Notes: generated by a model from the letters alone, not told the origin. Positions 50,182 through 60,075 are shown, counted from the first letter of the stretch. The stretch is 64,000 nucleotides of DNA from Prevotella sp. (GCA_031285625.1 JAITVV010000056.1:64001-128000), one strand, 5' to 3'. Made by a program: numbers and translations.

Positions 50182-50718
50182 ATGAAAAAAACGTTACTAT
50201 TATTGCTTGTTAGTATTCTTACAATGTCTGCCTATTCTCAGAATTCAGATATTGAATCTTATTACAAAGGAATAGAATCTTATCAAGATTTGCATCTTTC
50301 CTCAGATCAAATTGCGAGAATTAAGAAGTTAAAAAGAGAAAAAGGGCCTCAGTTTGCAGCTATTGGTAAAGACAGAAGCCTTTCGGGGTATGAAAAAGGA
50401 GAAAGGAAGAGAGCCTTGGCTCAGAAATACAGAGCAGAGATGCAATCGATATTAAACAGAGGGCAGGTAAACACATGGGAAAAAAGATATGGAAAGTTAA
50501 CTCCTGATTATAGTATGAAAGATGCTATATCTGATGATTTTGATAATGCGCTGGATGCATTGGAACGAAGATATGAAGCTGATAAAAAAGCTATAGAGAA
50601 TAACAGGTATCTAGGCAAAGAGGAACGAAAAGCGCAGGAAAAAGCTTTGAAGAACGCTTATAAGATCGAGAAAGACAATCTTAAAGCCCGTAAAAAAGCA
50701 GCAAAAGGTAATTTCTAA
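50182..50718 (+). CDS. Secreted basic helical hypothetical protein
   Basis: Signal peptide; L.LS.DQ and ILN.GQ motifs (Spy/CpxP-like pattern). Confidence 0.7.
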   Translation: MKKTLLLLLVSILTMSAYSQNSDIESYYKGIESYQDLHLSSDQIARIKKLKREKGPQFAAIGKDRSLSGYEKGERKRALAQKYRAEMQSILNRGQVNTWEKRYGKLTPDYSMKDAISDDFDNALDALERRYEADKKAIENNRYLGKEERKAQEKALKNAYKIEKDNLKARKKAAKGNF

Positions 50719-50731
50719 AAAAATAGGATAA

Positions 50732-50841
50732 CTCTTTGTCATGTTGAACGAAGTGAAACATTCCGATTCTCAAAAGTCGAGATTCTTCATTGCATTCAGA
50801 AACAACGTTCGACGGAACGAAGTGTAGTCAATGACAAAGAG
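50732..50841. repeat. REP/MITE-like palindromic element with nested 30-bp insert
   Basis: CTCTTTGTCAT / ATGACAAAGAG perfect ends; right arm interrupted at 50801-50830. Confidence 0.8.
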
Positions 50842-50909
50842 GGTAAAACTTTCAGCAACATTATTAAAAAAGCAGATTATATACAAATTTTATTAAAAGT
50901 AATTATTTA

Positions 50910-51398
50910 TTGACAGAATACATTAACTTTGCAATCAGTATAAAAAAGTTTGCTCAAACACTGATATTACTGATTGCTGCGGTTACAGTATTCCTTACGG
51001 GTGCCGGAGTAACAATAGTGAACTACTGCTGTACTTCATGCAGTGGGCAGACTCTTTTTATGACCGAACAACACATCTGCTGCGCTCAGGGACAACATGA
51101 AACGGAATCAGAAAGCTGTTGTTCCTCTAAAGAAGCATCGCATGATACCTGCGAAGGTGAGTCATACACCAAAGATACGCATTGTACAGCATCACGCCTG
51201 TCTATCGATATAGATGCAGCGTCATTCAGGCCTCATGTAGCAATTCCATTTGTATGGATTTCAGATGCTTCACAAGCTCTGCCAACAACTATTCTACCCG
51301 AAATAGTAGAATACAATGATGGCTATACATTATTCAAATCTCCTCCGGAGGCACATCCCCGGGAATATCTCTCCCTTATCCGGGTACTTATCATTTGA
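50910..51398 (+). CDS. Cys-rich HYC_CC_PP-like protein; start uncertain (TTG 50910 or ATA 50940)
   Basis: Hydrophobic N-terminus, NYCC..C, CC, CC, HC, KSPP; TAACTTTG box at 50924-50931 lies inside the ORF. Confidence 0.75.
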   Translation: MTEYINFAISIKKFAQTLILLIAAVTVFLTGAGVTIVNYCCTSCSGQTLFMTEQHICCAQGQHETESESCCSSKEASHDTCEGESYTKDTHCTASRLSIDIDAASFRPHVAIPFVWISDASQALPTTILPEIVEYNDGYTLFKSPPEAHPREYLSLIRVLII

Positions 51399-51486
51399 TT
51401 TTCAATACATATCTATTTGTTGTGTATCATTCTGATATGCAGTAAAGTCACTATTGTATTTTAAGTAACTTATTATTAAAGATCAA

Positions 51487-53697
51487 ATGAAAACGATAAA
51501 AATATTTATTCTGTTCTTATTATTACCCACACTGGCTTTTAGCAAAGACATACTTAAAGGGTATGTATCCGATGCCCAGAAACAACCATTGATAGGAGCA
51601 TCTGTCCGTTGGGAAAATGCAAAGACAGGAGTAGTAACCAACGAAGAAGGCTATTTCGAGATTCCGGGAACACCGCACAAAGACCATATGCTGGCCATTT
51701 CATATGTAGGTTATGACGACAAAGTAGTTCACATACATGATTTTGCCGAAACACAAAATATCATGTTAGATGAAAATGCCGAGTTGGGTGAAGTTATAGT
51801 TGAAAGAACACCTCCGGGTACAATCAAATCACGTACCAGCCTGTTACATACGGAGAAAATTACAACCAGAGAATTGCACCGTGCAGCCTGCTGTAATCTC
51901 TCCGAGAGCTTCGAGACCAATCCATCTGTAGATGTCTCTTTCAGTGATGCAGTAACAGGAGCAAAACAAATCCAGCTACTTGGACTGGCAGGAACATATG
52001 TACAAACACTGACAGAAAACTATCCTAACTTCCGGGGTGCGGCCTCTGTATACGGACTGGATTATATTCCTGGGCCATGGATGGAAAGCATACAAATATC
52101 AAAAGGTGCGGCTTCTGTAAAGAATGGCTATGAATCCATCACTGGACAAATGAATGTGGAATACAAAAAGCCAAATAGTGCCGATCCTTTGAGTCTCAAC
52201 CTATTTGCAAGCGATGCCGGACGGTACGAAGGAAATGCTGATGCCGCCTTTATACTGAATGACAAACTGAATACCGGAGTCTTCCTTCACTACTCTAATG
52301 AGCAGGCTTCCCATGATGACAATGACGACAGCTTTTTGGATATGCCTAAAAAACATCAGTTCAATATAATGAACAGGTGGCACTATATGTCGGGCAGATA
52401 TGCATCGCAGTTTGGAGTCCGGTTTTTACAAGATTACCGCACCAGTGGACAAACAATGCATACATTAAATGCAGCATCCATCAATAAAGATCCATATGAA
52501 ATATCGGTAAAGACCAACCGGGGTGAGTTCTACACTAAAAACTCCTATATTCTGGATGAAGAACGAAATGGTAATATAGCACTGATATTCACGAGTTCAT
52601 ATCATGATCAGAAGTCTAAATATGCTGCCGATAAATACAATGTATATGAAAATAACCTGTACGCATCATTGATGTATGAAACAGAACTGGGTAAAATGCA
52701 TCAGCTAAGTGCAGGATTGAGCATGAACTGGGATAAGTATAACCAAAGTATTCAGCTATCTCAGCCTTTAACCAGCCAACCCAATGAAGAGACCACTACT
52801 GGTGGTTATGTGCAATATACATTTAATAAAGATGATAAATTTATCGCTTTGGCAGGACTGCGAACTGATTATAGTTCACTTCATAAAAAAGCTTTCGTTA
52901 CTCCACGACTTCATCTTAAATATATGCCTGTAAGTTGGCTAAACATGAGAGCTTCGGCAGGGAAAGGATACCGCACTGTATTTGTAATGCCAGAAAATAG
53001 CTTTTATCTGGCAAGTAGCCGCAAGATAGAAATCGCTGATAATCTGAAACAAGAATCTGCATGGAACTACGGAACAAGTATTTCCTTTCATATTCCGGTC
53101 AGAGGGGAGGAACTGACTATCTCAGGCGAATGGTACCGAACAGACTTTGATAACCAGGTAGTAAGCGATGTAGACAGCGACCCGCATGCAGTAAAATTCT
53201 ATAATCTATCGGGCAAATCATATGCTAATAGCTTCCAGATAGAGGCTTCATATCCTTTATTCCGGGGATTTAACATATTAGGAGCATATCGTTGGACAAA
53301 TGCCAAAACTACTTATGGAGATAAGTTGATGAAGAAGCCTTTGATAAGTGATTATAAAGCACTTGTAACTGCATCATATGAAACACGCCTCAAAAAGTGG
53401 GCTTTCGATCTTACCGCACAGTTCAACGGAGGTGGTCGCATGCCAACACCGGATGCCATGAATCCTTTGTGGAAAACAACATTCGATTCGTTCACGGTAT
53501 TGAATGCCCAGATCACAAAGAATTTCCGCAACTGGAGTATCTATGTAGGAGCAGAAAACATAACTGACTTTAAACAAAAGAACCCGATAGTTTCTCCTGA
53601 AAATCCATTTGGAGACGATTTTGATGCTACAATGGTTTGGGGACCTACACAAGGCCGCAAATTCTATGTAGGATTGAGATACGCGATAGGAAAATAA
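51487..53697 (+). CDS. TonB-dependent receptor, heavy-metal-associated type
   Basis: Carboxypeptidase-like N-domain, plug RAACCNLSESFETNPSVDV, C-terminal GRKFYVGLRY. Confidence 0.92.
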   Translation: MKTIKIFILFLLLPTLAFSKDILKGYVSDAQKQPLIGASVRWENAKTGVVTNEEGYFEIPGTPHKDHMLAISYVGYDDKVVHIHDFAETQNIMLDENAELGEVIVERTPPGTIKSRTSLLHTEKITTRELHRAACCNLSESFETNPSVDVSFSDAVTGAKQIQLLGLAGTYVQTLTENYPNFRGAASVYGLDYIPGPWMESIQISKGAASVKNGYESITGQMNVEYKKPNSADPLSLNLFASDAGRYEGNADAAFILNDKLNTGVFLHYSNEQASHDDNDDSFLDMPKKHQFNIMNRWHYMSGRYASQFGVRFLQDYRTSGQTMHTLNAASINKDPYEISVKTNRGEFYTKNSYILDEERNGNIALIFTSSYHDQKSKYAADKYNVYENNLYASLMYETELGKMHQLSAGLSMNWDKYNQSIQLSQPLTSQPNEETTTGGYVQYTFNKDDKFIALAGLRTDYSSLHKKAFVTPRLHLKYMPVSWLNMRASAGKGYRTVFVMPENSFYLASSRKIEIADNLKQESAWNYGTSISFHIPVRGEELTISGEWYRTDFDNQVVSDVDSDPHAVKFYNLSGKSYANSFQIEASYPLFRGFNILGAYRWTNAKTTYGDKLMKKPLISDYKALVTASYETRLKKWAFDLTAQFNGGGRMPTPDAMNPLWKTTFDSFTVLNAQITKNFRNWSIYVGAENITDFKQKNPIVSPENPFGDDFDATMVWGPTQGRKFYVGLRYAIGK

Positions 53698-53714
53698 TAT
53701 AAACAACTAAATAT

Positions 53715-53748
53715 AAATGAGTTATAAGTTATACCTTATAGCTCATTT
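53715..53748. terminator. Hairpin between convergent genes
   Basis: AAATGAGTTATAAG-N6-CTTATAGCTCATTT. Confidence 0.65.
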
Positions 53749-54032
53749 TTATTTATATATTTTTTCCTGATAAAGAGGAAAACTTTTGCCAAGAGAATTA
53801 ATGCAGAAAGGATAATTGGCAATAAAATCAATAGATTAACCAATAAAGCTGTTTCCTGTAAATCTATATCCAAAAGATAGAGCACTATTGCTATAAAGAA
53901 CCAGCAAAGAATGGAAAAGAAAGACATTCCGACCAATACCATTGGCTCTCTCCTACCCTTAAAATGCCTCACCAATACATAAGCAGGGATAAGGATAACA
54001 ATAAATAGTATAAGGGAGAAATCCGGCAACAT
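53736..54032 (-). CDS. Small 3-TM hypothetical protein
   Basis: Hydrophobic 98-aa ORF 9 nt downstream of the previous gene. Confidence 0.6.
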   Translation of the reverse strand: MLPDFSLILFIVILIPAYVLVRHFKGRREPMVLVGMSFFSILCWFFIAIVLYLLDIDLQETALLVNLLILLPIILSALILLAKVFLFIRKKYINKNEL

Positions 54033-54041
54033 CAGTATATG

Positions 54042-54710
54042 CTAATCCTCAAAGAAATAATCGAACTCAAAAGCGATACTATCAAAAGCTTCCCTCTTTA
54101 TAAGGTTCTCTTCATTTTTGTGCACAGAAACCTTTTGAAGAATACTATCAGCCAGACCTTTAGACTGTCGTCCGATATGTTTCAAAGCCAATAGGGATGC
54201 TTTTCTAAGAAAGATATTTTCAGATATGATATCCGTCCATATAAAAGGTAGTTTATCTACTAGTATAGCCTCATTTTTTTTAGCTATAAATAAGCGGGCC
54301 AGTAGCCAATAGCCTGTTATCCGTATTTCTATATCCGATGAGCATACCCATGCCTGAGCTATTTGATTAGCAAAAGACAAAACCTGAAGTAAATTTGCAC
54401 AAATCTGTTCCCTGATCTCCTGATTCGGAATTTCAGATACCCAGTCTGCAGCTTCCGACTCAGTAAATGATTCGGCAGGGTATAGCAATGTTGCTAATAT
54501 TTTCAACTCGCGCGTATTCTCTCTCCAGAGGGCTTCCGCCAGCTCAACACTCGGTTCATAGCGTTTAGCCAGATCTTTTAATTGTTGTATAGATAATCCG
54601 AAATTCAATTTATACTCAAGTCCATGCTGACGCATACTGGCAGATGCGACACCATTCATAGCCATACGGCACCTTTTACGAATATCTTTGATTATATCCT
54701 CTTGCTGCAT
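54042..54710 (-). CDS. DNA alkylation repair (AlkD-like HEAT repeat) protein
   Basis: MNGVAS.SMR..GL.YKLNFG, LW..N.RE.KILA. Confidence 0.85.
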   Translation of the reverse strand: MQQEDIIKDIRKRCRMAMNGVASASMRQHGLEYKLNFGLSIQQLKDLAKRYEPSVELAEALWRENTRELKILATLLYPAESFTESEAADWVSEIPNQEIREQICANLLQVLSFANQIAQAWVCSSDIEIRITGYWLLARLFIAKKNEAILVDKLPFIWTDIISENIFLRKASLLALKHIGRQSKGLADSILQKVSVHKNEENLIKREAFDSIAFEFDYFFED

Positions 54711-54711
54711 A

Positions 54712-55011
54712 TTACACCTCAAAATCTACGGCTTTCCTATCTGAGACGGCTTCTCTTATAAAAGGCAATATCGCCTGATGCAACGGATGATTCTGGTACG
54801 TATCCAAATCTTCTCTTTTAGATAACTCTGAATAAAGAGCAACATCAAAATTTCCTCCACCCAGAAAATCAATCCCAACTTCTATTTTTAGCAGTCCGTC
54901 AATTTTTCCACTCAAAGCTTCCAGTTTTTCTTTTATCAGTTTTGCATTTGTTGCTTTGTCATTTCCGTGGGCCTCGTCCTTAAGTTTCCACATTACTATA
55001 TGCTTTACCAT
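54712..55011 (-). CDS. Dabb-family stress-responsive A/B barrel protein
   Basis: HIVMWKLK, YQNHP.H. Confidence 0.9.
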   Translation of the reverse strand: MVKHIVMWKLKDEAHGNDKATNAKLIKEKLEALSGKIDGLLKIEVGIDFLGGGNFDVALYSELSKREDLDTYQNHPLHQAILPFIREAVSDRKAVDFEV

Positions 55012-55029
55012 ACTATCTATTTCTCTATT

Positions 55030-55120
55030 TTACAAAAAAGTGACAAAAGTAACAGGTTTTCGGCTGTTTTCATTTATTACTTTTTATTGGTTAAGTAAAC
55101 TATTCTCTACTATTAGATAA
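55030..55120 (-). repeat. Dispersed intergenic element, copy C
   Basis: GTGACAAAAGTAACA (55040-55054) plus CTGTTTT, TTACTTTT and TATTAGATAA in the same order as copy B. Confidence 0.75.
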
Positions 55121-55133
55121 AAGTATTGCTTTA

Positions 55134-55592
55134 TTATTCAGCATACTCATTCGGAGTAATTTTTACCTCTGCAAAAAGTGTTCCGTCCATCTTATAGTAA
55201 GCAAAGGTCACAGTCATTTTATCTTTACGAAACATCTTAACGTCTTCGTCATCTTTCTCTCTAAGACCTATTGCAATGGCAGGTTTGGAAGCCCGTACAA
55301 ATTCCTCAGGGGATACTGCAAACTCTTTTGTATTTGTAAAGTAATATTTATACTCATTCGCTGATACAGCCTCAGCCCTATCCATACGCATTCCCCCCGG
55401 CCATACCTTAGGCATGGAAGCATTCATTTTTTCAGCCAGCTGTACATATTTTTTCTTTGGTGGATCTGGTTTTATTTCCACTTTCGACACATTCTCCTCC
55501 GCAGAGTTATCATTCTTCGATTTCGAGCCACAGCTAGTAATCATTCCGATTGTTACAAGACAAGAAAATGCAAGGACTATATACTTTTTCAT
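55134..55592 (-). CDS. Hypothetical lipoprotein
   Basis: ITSC lipobox; N...PK....G.R.D.A pattern. Confidence 0.75.
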   Translation of the reverse strand: MKKYIVLAFSCLVTIGMITSCGSKSKNDNSAEENVSKVEIKPDPPKKKYVQLAEKMNASMPKVWPGGMRMDRAEAVSANEYKYYFTNTKEFAVSPEEFVRASKPAIAIGLREKDDEDVKMFRKDKMTVTFAYYKMDGTLFAEVKITPNEYAE

Positions 55593-55655
55593 AATTATCT
55601 GATTTCAATTAATTAAGCGATAAAGATAACAATTTAGAAATAAAGCATCGGATAT

Positions 55656-55779
55656 TTACATCAAATCATCCAGATCTTCTTTTTTCTTGGCTTCTTTTGT
55701 ATGCCACTTCGATTCGGGCTCCTACATGTAAAAATGAAAAACAGATTATAAATGCGGATAATAAATATCTAATAAGCAT
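55656..55779 (-). pseudogene. Probable gene remnant (signal peptide joined to a C-terminal tail)
   Basis: MLIRYLLSAFIICFSFLHVGA in one frame, EPESKWHTKEAKKKEDLDDLM* in another; TATTTTTG box at 55804-55811 (-). Confidence 0.45.
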
Positions 55780-55881
55780 GATGCAAGTTTCTTATCAATA
55801 CAACAAAAATATATTTTTTTATGATAAGTTTTACAAAAGCCTTTTAGATATTGGGGAATATGTACTGTGTAATTGATTTAT

Positions 55882-56040
55882 TTACTTATGCGAACGTCCC
55901 AAATAATATGAAATAATCATAGAGCTTGCCTGTAAGGCCATCAAAACCCAAAAAGCATTCCGTCTCCTGTTTTTGCGCCTCAAAGCTTTTAATTCCATAC
56001 ATTCTTTCTCATTCATCGAATCATAAATTTGATCTTCCAT
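55882..56040 (-). CDS. Small single-TM protein (52 aa)
   Basis: ATG 56040, basic patch then a hydrophobic segment. Confidence 0.5.
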   Translation of the reverse strand: MEDQIYDSMNEKECMELKALRRKNRRRNAFWVLMALQASSMIISYYLGRSHK

Positions 56041-56131
56041 AATCTTATATTTTGTGTATATTATTATAGAACAACACAAATAGACTTTTTGATCACACCA
56101 TTATCAATTTTTATCTTCTTAATCGCAAAAT

Positions 56132-56425
56132 CTATTTATTCAAAGGCTCTTCCCAAATACGATACTTCACATTTCCAATATATCCGCAGACACAATCCAG
56201 CAAGTCGTCAATAAGATTCATCTTTTGCTCATCTTCTTCATGAACCATATAGATAAGATGCAACGGATAAAGAACATCATAAGCATCAACTTGGCACCCC
56301 CCTTCTTTTTTGTAATTGAATATTAGTTCAAAGCCTTTATCTAGTTGCAATGAATAATTATAGTCTATACCTGTAACTTCTTCACAGAGACTTTCAATTT
56401 CCTTATATAATAAATATTTATCCAT
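56132..56425 (-). CDS. Small acidic hypothetical protein
   Basis: 97 aa, 2 nt downstream of the previous gene. Confidence 0.65.
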   Translation of the reverse strand: MDKYLLYKEIESLCEEVTGIDYNYSLQLDKGFELIFNYKKEGGCQVDAYDVLYPLHLIYMVHEEDEQKMNLIDDLLDCVCGYIGNVKYRIWEEPLNK

Positions 56426-56427
56426 AC

Positions 56428-57654
56428 TTATTTCACAAAAAGAGCAATAGCTGCTACTGGTACTGCAAAATATGCTACTTTCAGAATCTTCTTTCCAATA
56501 GGTGTTTTCTTATTAGCAGCAATACCTGAACCCTGATAATAGGATTCTACATCCTGATCAAAGTCTTCGTTCCAAAATTCACGCGTAGTTGAATCGGGAA
56601 AATAAAAAAGTTCCTGGCAGAACCCGCTCAGTCTTCTTTTTCTGAATTGCTTCTTTTCCACAAAACCCCGAAATTCGACATCGCAGAAATAAGAGACATC
56701 TTCTTCGTTATTAAATTCATCGATCGCCCTGAAACGATAAAAAGTAAAACACTCCGACATATAATATTTATCGGCAACTTTCTTAAAAGAGAAACGTCCG
56801 ACTTTACGCATTATCTTTAACTGTTTACCCATATGTCTTTTATAGGGCTGGCTTACCAAAACAGAATCAATAGATTCAATTTCCATAGAAGCAATGGTCA
56901 TATCATCCTTATTAATAGCAATCTCACCTTTTGCCCATCCGCCTCTGCCTTCTAAAGGCTCTATCTGAAGAATGATAAGAGAACTATCGGAAGTAAAAGA
57001 TCTGGTTGTCTCATTATTAACGCTTTTTCCAAAAGTAAAAAGATGGGAGGCATGGTATTCTGCACCATACAATTCAGAAGTTGGAGTCACGGTACGCTGC
57101 AATCTTCTTATATCTATAATATTAAACGTATAGGGTACCCGCTCTTTCTTCATATTCTTTTTCAAATCTTTTTCAGTCAGCGTGGTCGCATATTTAAGAT
57201 ATATCTCGTTCTGCAAGGTATCAGTAGTTTTTGTCTGAAGAAAGTGGAGAATATAACCAAGAGGGAGATCCAGCAATAGCTTTTTCTTAGTATTTATCAT
57301 AGCTTCATCCAGTAGCGCATCGGCATCTCCGGGACTAATAACAATAGGATTAAGATATACAGGATTTAATTCCAGTTCGACTATAGGATTTGAAATCAGG
57401 CTGCTTTTTGATACTGATTTGATTTTGTATCCTATGCTCTGAAAGTGAATAATTTCTTCACTATGGGCAGGAATTGTAAACTTACCATTGGTATTTGTAT
57501 AATCATAATCTTTTGAGGTACCTCCATATTGTACGATTACATCCGAAATCGGTTTTTTAGTGTCTTTGTCAATTACGGTTCCCCCGACAACTGTCTGAGA
57601 TGAAACACCTATAAATGAAAATAAGAACAGGCTAAATACTATGATCTTCTTCAT
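56428..57654 (-). CDS. Carboxypeptidase-regulatory-like domain protein
   Basis: Signal peptide, G.VIDKDTKKPI....V...TN..GKF.I, SIGY. Confidence 0.75.
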   Translation of the reverse strand: MKKIIVFSLFLFSFIGVSSQTVVGGTVIDKDTKKPISDVIVQYGGTSKDYDYTNTNGKFTIPAHSEEIIHFQSIGYKIKSVSKSSLISNPIVELELNPVYLNPIVISPGDADALLDEAMINTKKKLLLDLPLGYILHFLQTKTTDTLQNEIYLKYATTLTEKDLKKNMKKERVPYTFNIIDIRRLQRTVTPTSELYGAEYHASHLFTFGKSVNNETTRSFTSDSSLIILQIEPLEGRGGWAKGEIAINKDDMTIASMEIESIDSVLVSQPYKRHMGKQLKIMRKVGRFSFKKVADKYYMSECFTFYRFRAIDEFNNEEDVSYFCDVEFRGFVEKKQFRKRRLSGFCQELFYFPDSTTREFWNEDFDQDVESYYQGSGIAANKKTPIGKKILKVAYFAVPVAAIALFVK

Positions 57655-57945
57655 GGGCTATTTTTTAAGGTTTTATAAAGCTTCCGTTTAAAAAATTCTA
57701 TAACATGTTAGCGATATACAAGCATAAATTACCGAACAGAGCCTCAAACAACACTATTTTTAATTAAAATGTACATTTTCATAACAATTAGCTATCAAAT
57801 ACATTAAAAAAAATCAAATTCATATCTTTCATTCTCTAATCCGGTAAATATACGCTCTTTTTTGTACCTTTGTCTTTTGCTTATTAAAAATCTATATTAT
57901 ATAGCATTTTTTAATATATATTGACCATAAAACTATCAGGCTATC

Positions 57946-58365
57946 ATGGCTATACTGTATCAGGCTGAAGAGGTAAAACTCCCGTCTATAAAAAAGAGAG
58001 AGACCTCAAACTGGATAAAATCAGTTGCGGCATCCTATAATAAAAAAGTTGGGGATATTGCTTTTATTTTTTGCTCTGACAAGAAGATACTGGAAGTAAA
58101 CAACCAATATCTGCAGCATGATTACTATACAGATATTATAACTTTTGACTATAGTGAAAATGATACTATATCCGGAGATATATTTATTAGCCTGGATACG
58201 GTAAAAAGCAATTCCGAGCAATTTAAGACGCTATATAACGAAGAACTTCATCGTATCATTATACATGGAATACTTCATTTGTGCGGAATAAATGATAAAG
58301 GCCCGGGAGAAAGGGAACATATGACTGAATGCGAAAACAAGGCGCTAAAAATGTTGGGGGAATAG
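57946..58365 (+). CDS. ybeY: rRNA maturation RNase YbeY
   Basis: TDIITF and HGILHLCGIND; TACCTTTG box at 57865-57872. Confidence 0.95.
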   Translation: MAILYQAEEVKLPSIKKRETSNWIKSVAASYNKKVGDIAFIFCSDKKILEVNNQYLQHDYYTDIITFDYSENDTISGDIFISLDTVKSNSEQFKTLYNEELHRIIIHGILHLCGINDKGPGEREHMTECENKALKMLGE

Positions 58366-58369
58366 AATC

Positions 58370-59293
58370 GTGCAAAAATATTTGAGTAGACTATACTACA
58401 TCGTTCCTGTACTTTGCCTGTTTCCATTCTTTTCTGCACCACTTGCTCTATTTATGGGAATATTACTTGCCTTCTTTTATAAGGGAGAAGAAGTAGTAAA
58501 AACAGGTAAACTAACGAAGTATTTATTGCAGGCCTCAATTGTATGCATGGGATTCTCCATGTCGGTGCATGAAGTGATACAGACAGGTAAAACCGGATTT
58601 ATGATCACGGTTGTTTCAGTTGTAGTTACAGTTCTGACAGGTATCGCACTGGGGCGGGTATTTAAAGTTGGTAAAAACACCACATTAATGATATCGAGCG
58701 GTACGGCTATTTGTGGAGGTAGTGCCATAGCAGCTGTAGCTCCTGTATTGGGAGCAAAGAATAATGAGATCAGTTTTTCAATGGCCGTTGTTTTCGTCCT
58801 GAATGCAGTAGGACTATTCATATTCCCGATTATCGGGCATTTATTACAAATGGATCAAACTCATTTCGGATATTGGGCAGCAATTGCCATACATGATACA
58901 AGTTCGGTTGTAGGAGCATGCTCGGCTTATGGCGAACAGGCGTTGCAAGTGGGAACGACAGTAAAACTAACACGTACGTTATGGATTATTCCTCTGGCAT
59001 TATGTATTGCATTTTTTAATAAAAATAAAACCTCTAAAATAAATATACCATGGTTCATATTCTTATTCGTTGTGGCTATCATAATAGGAAATTACATTCC
59101 CGGTATGGCCGAAACAAATGAGCATCTGAGCTGGCTTGGTAAAAAAGGAATGATGGTTTCCCTGTTTTTTATAGGAGCTTCTATTAATATAGAAGAAGTA
59201 AAAAAGACAGGTATAAATACCTTTCTTTTAGGTATTATTCTTTGGTTTGTTATAGCTATATTATCTTTATACTGGATTAAACTAATGTTTTGA
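58370..59293 (+). CDS. YeiH / putative sulfate exporter family protein
   Basis: GTAICGGSAIAA, AIHDTSSV, VKLTR. Confidence 0.9.
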   Translation: MQKYLSRLYYIVPVLCLFPFFSAPLALFMGILLAFFYKGEEVVKTGKLTKYLLQASIVCMGFSMSVHEVIQTGKTGFMITVVSVVVTVLTGIALGRVFKVGKNTTLMISSGTAICGGSAIAAVAPVLGAKNNEISFSMAVVFVLNAVGLFIFPIIGHLLQMDQTHFGYWAAIAIHDTSSVVGACSAYGEQALQVGTTVKLTRTLWIIPLALCIAFFNKNKTSKINIPWFIFLFVVAIIIGNYIPGMAETNEHLSWLGKKGMMVSLFFIGASINIEEVKKTGINTFLLGIILWFVIAILSLYWIKLMF

Positions 59294-60075
59294 TGAATAA
59301 AATTGTAGACAAAGAGTATTTCTCTGAAAACGTAGTCAAGTTTGAGGTTGAAGCACCTCTTATCGCAAGAAGCCGTAAGGCCGGCCATTTCGTAATTGTA
59401 AGGGTTGGAGAAAAAGGCGAGCGCATTCCGTTAACTATTGCAGGTTCGGACCTTAACAAAGGAACTATCACGATCGTTATTCAGGCTGTCGGAGCATCTT
59501 CAAAGAAGATTTGCGAACTAAATGTAGGTGATTATATTACCGATATTGTTGGTCCACTCGGACAAGCCACCCATATCGAGAACTACGGAACAGTTATTTG
59601 TGCCGGGGGAGGTGTTGGTATTGCGCCAATGTTACCCATTATCGAAGCCATGAAAAGAGCAGGCAACAAAGTTATATCTGTATTGGCTGCACGCAGCAAA
59701 GATCTAGTCATTCTTGAAAAACAAGTTGCAGAATATTCCGACGAGGTTATTGTTATGACCGACGATGGCTCTTATGGGCACAAGGGACTGATAACAAATG
59801 GTATCGAAATGGTTATTAACCGCGAGAAGGTAGACTTATGTGTAACCATTGGCCCTGCTATTATGATGAAGTTTGTATCGTTACTTACCGAAAAATACAA
59901 TATTCCTACAATGGCATCTTTGAACACCATTATGGTAGATGGAACAGGTATGTGCGGAGCTTGCCGTGTAACAGTTGGAGGAAAAACAAAATTTGTTTGT
60001 GTTGACGGTCCCGAGTTCAATGCTCATGAAGTAGATTTTGATGAAATGCTAATGAGACTACGGGCTTACAGTTAA
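59293..60075 (+). CDS. nfnA: PyrK-like FAD/NAD/2Fe-2S subunit of NfnAB transhydrogenase
   Basis: ERIPLT, GGGVG, MVDGTGMCGACR...CVDGPEF. Confidence 0.85.
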   Translation: MNKIVDKEYFSENVVKFEVEAPLIARSRKAGHFVIVRVGEKGERIPLTIAGSDLNKGTITIVIQAVGASSKKICELNVGDYITDIVGPLGQATHIENYGTVICAGGGVGIAPMLPIIEAMKRAGNKVISVLAARSKDLVILEKQVAEYSDEVIVMTDDGSYGHKGLITNGIEMVINREKVDLCVTIGPAIMMKFVSLLTEKYNIPTMASLNTIMVDGTGMCGACRVTVGGKTKFVCVDGPEFNAHEVDFDEMLMRLRAYS

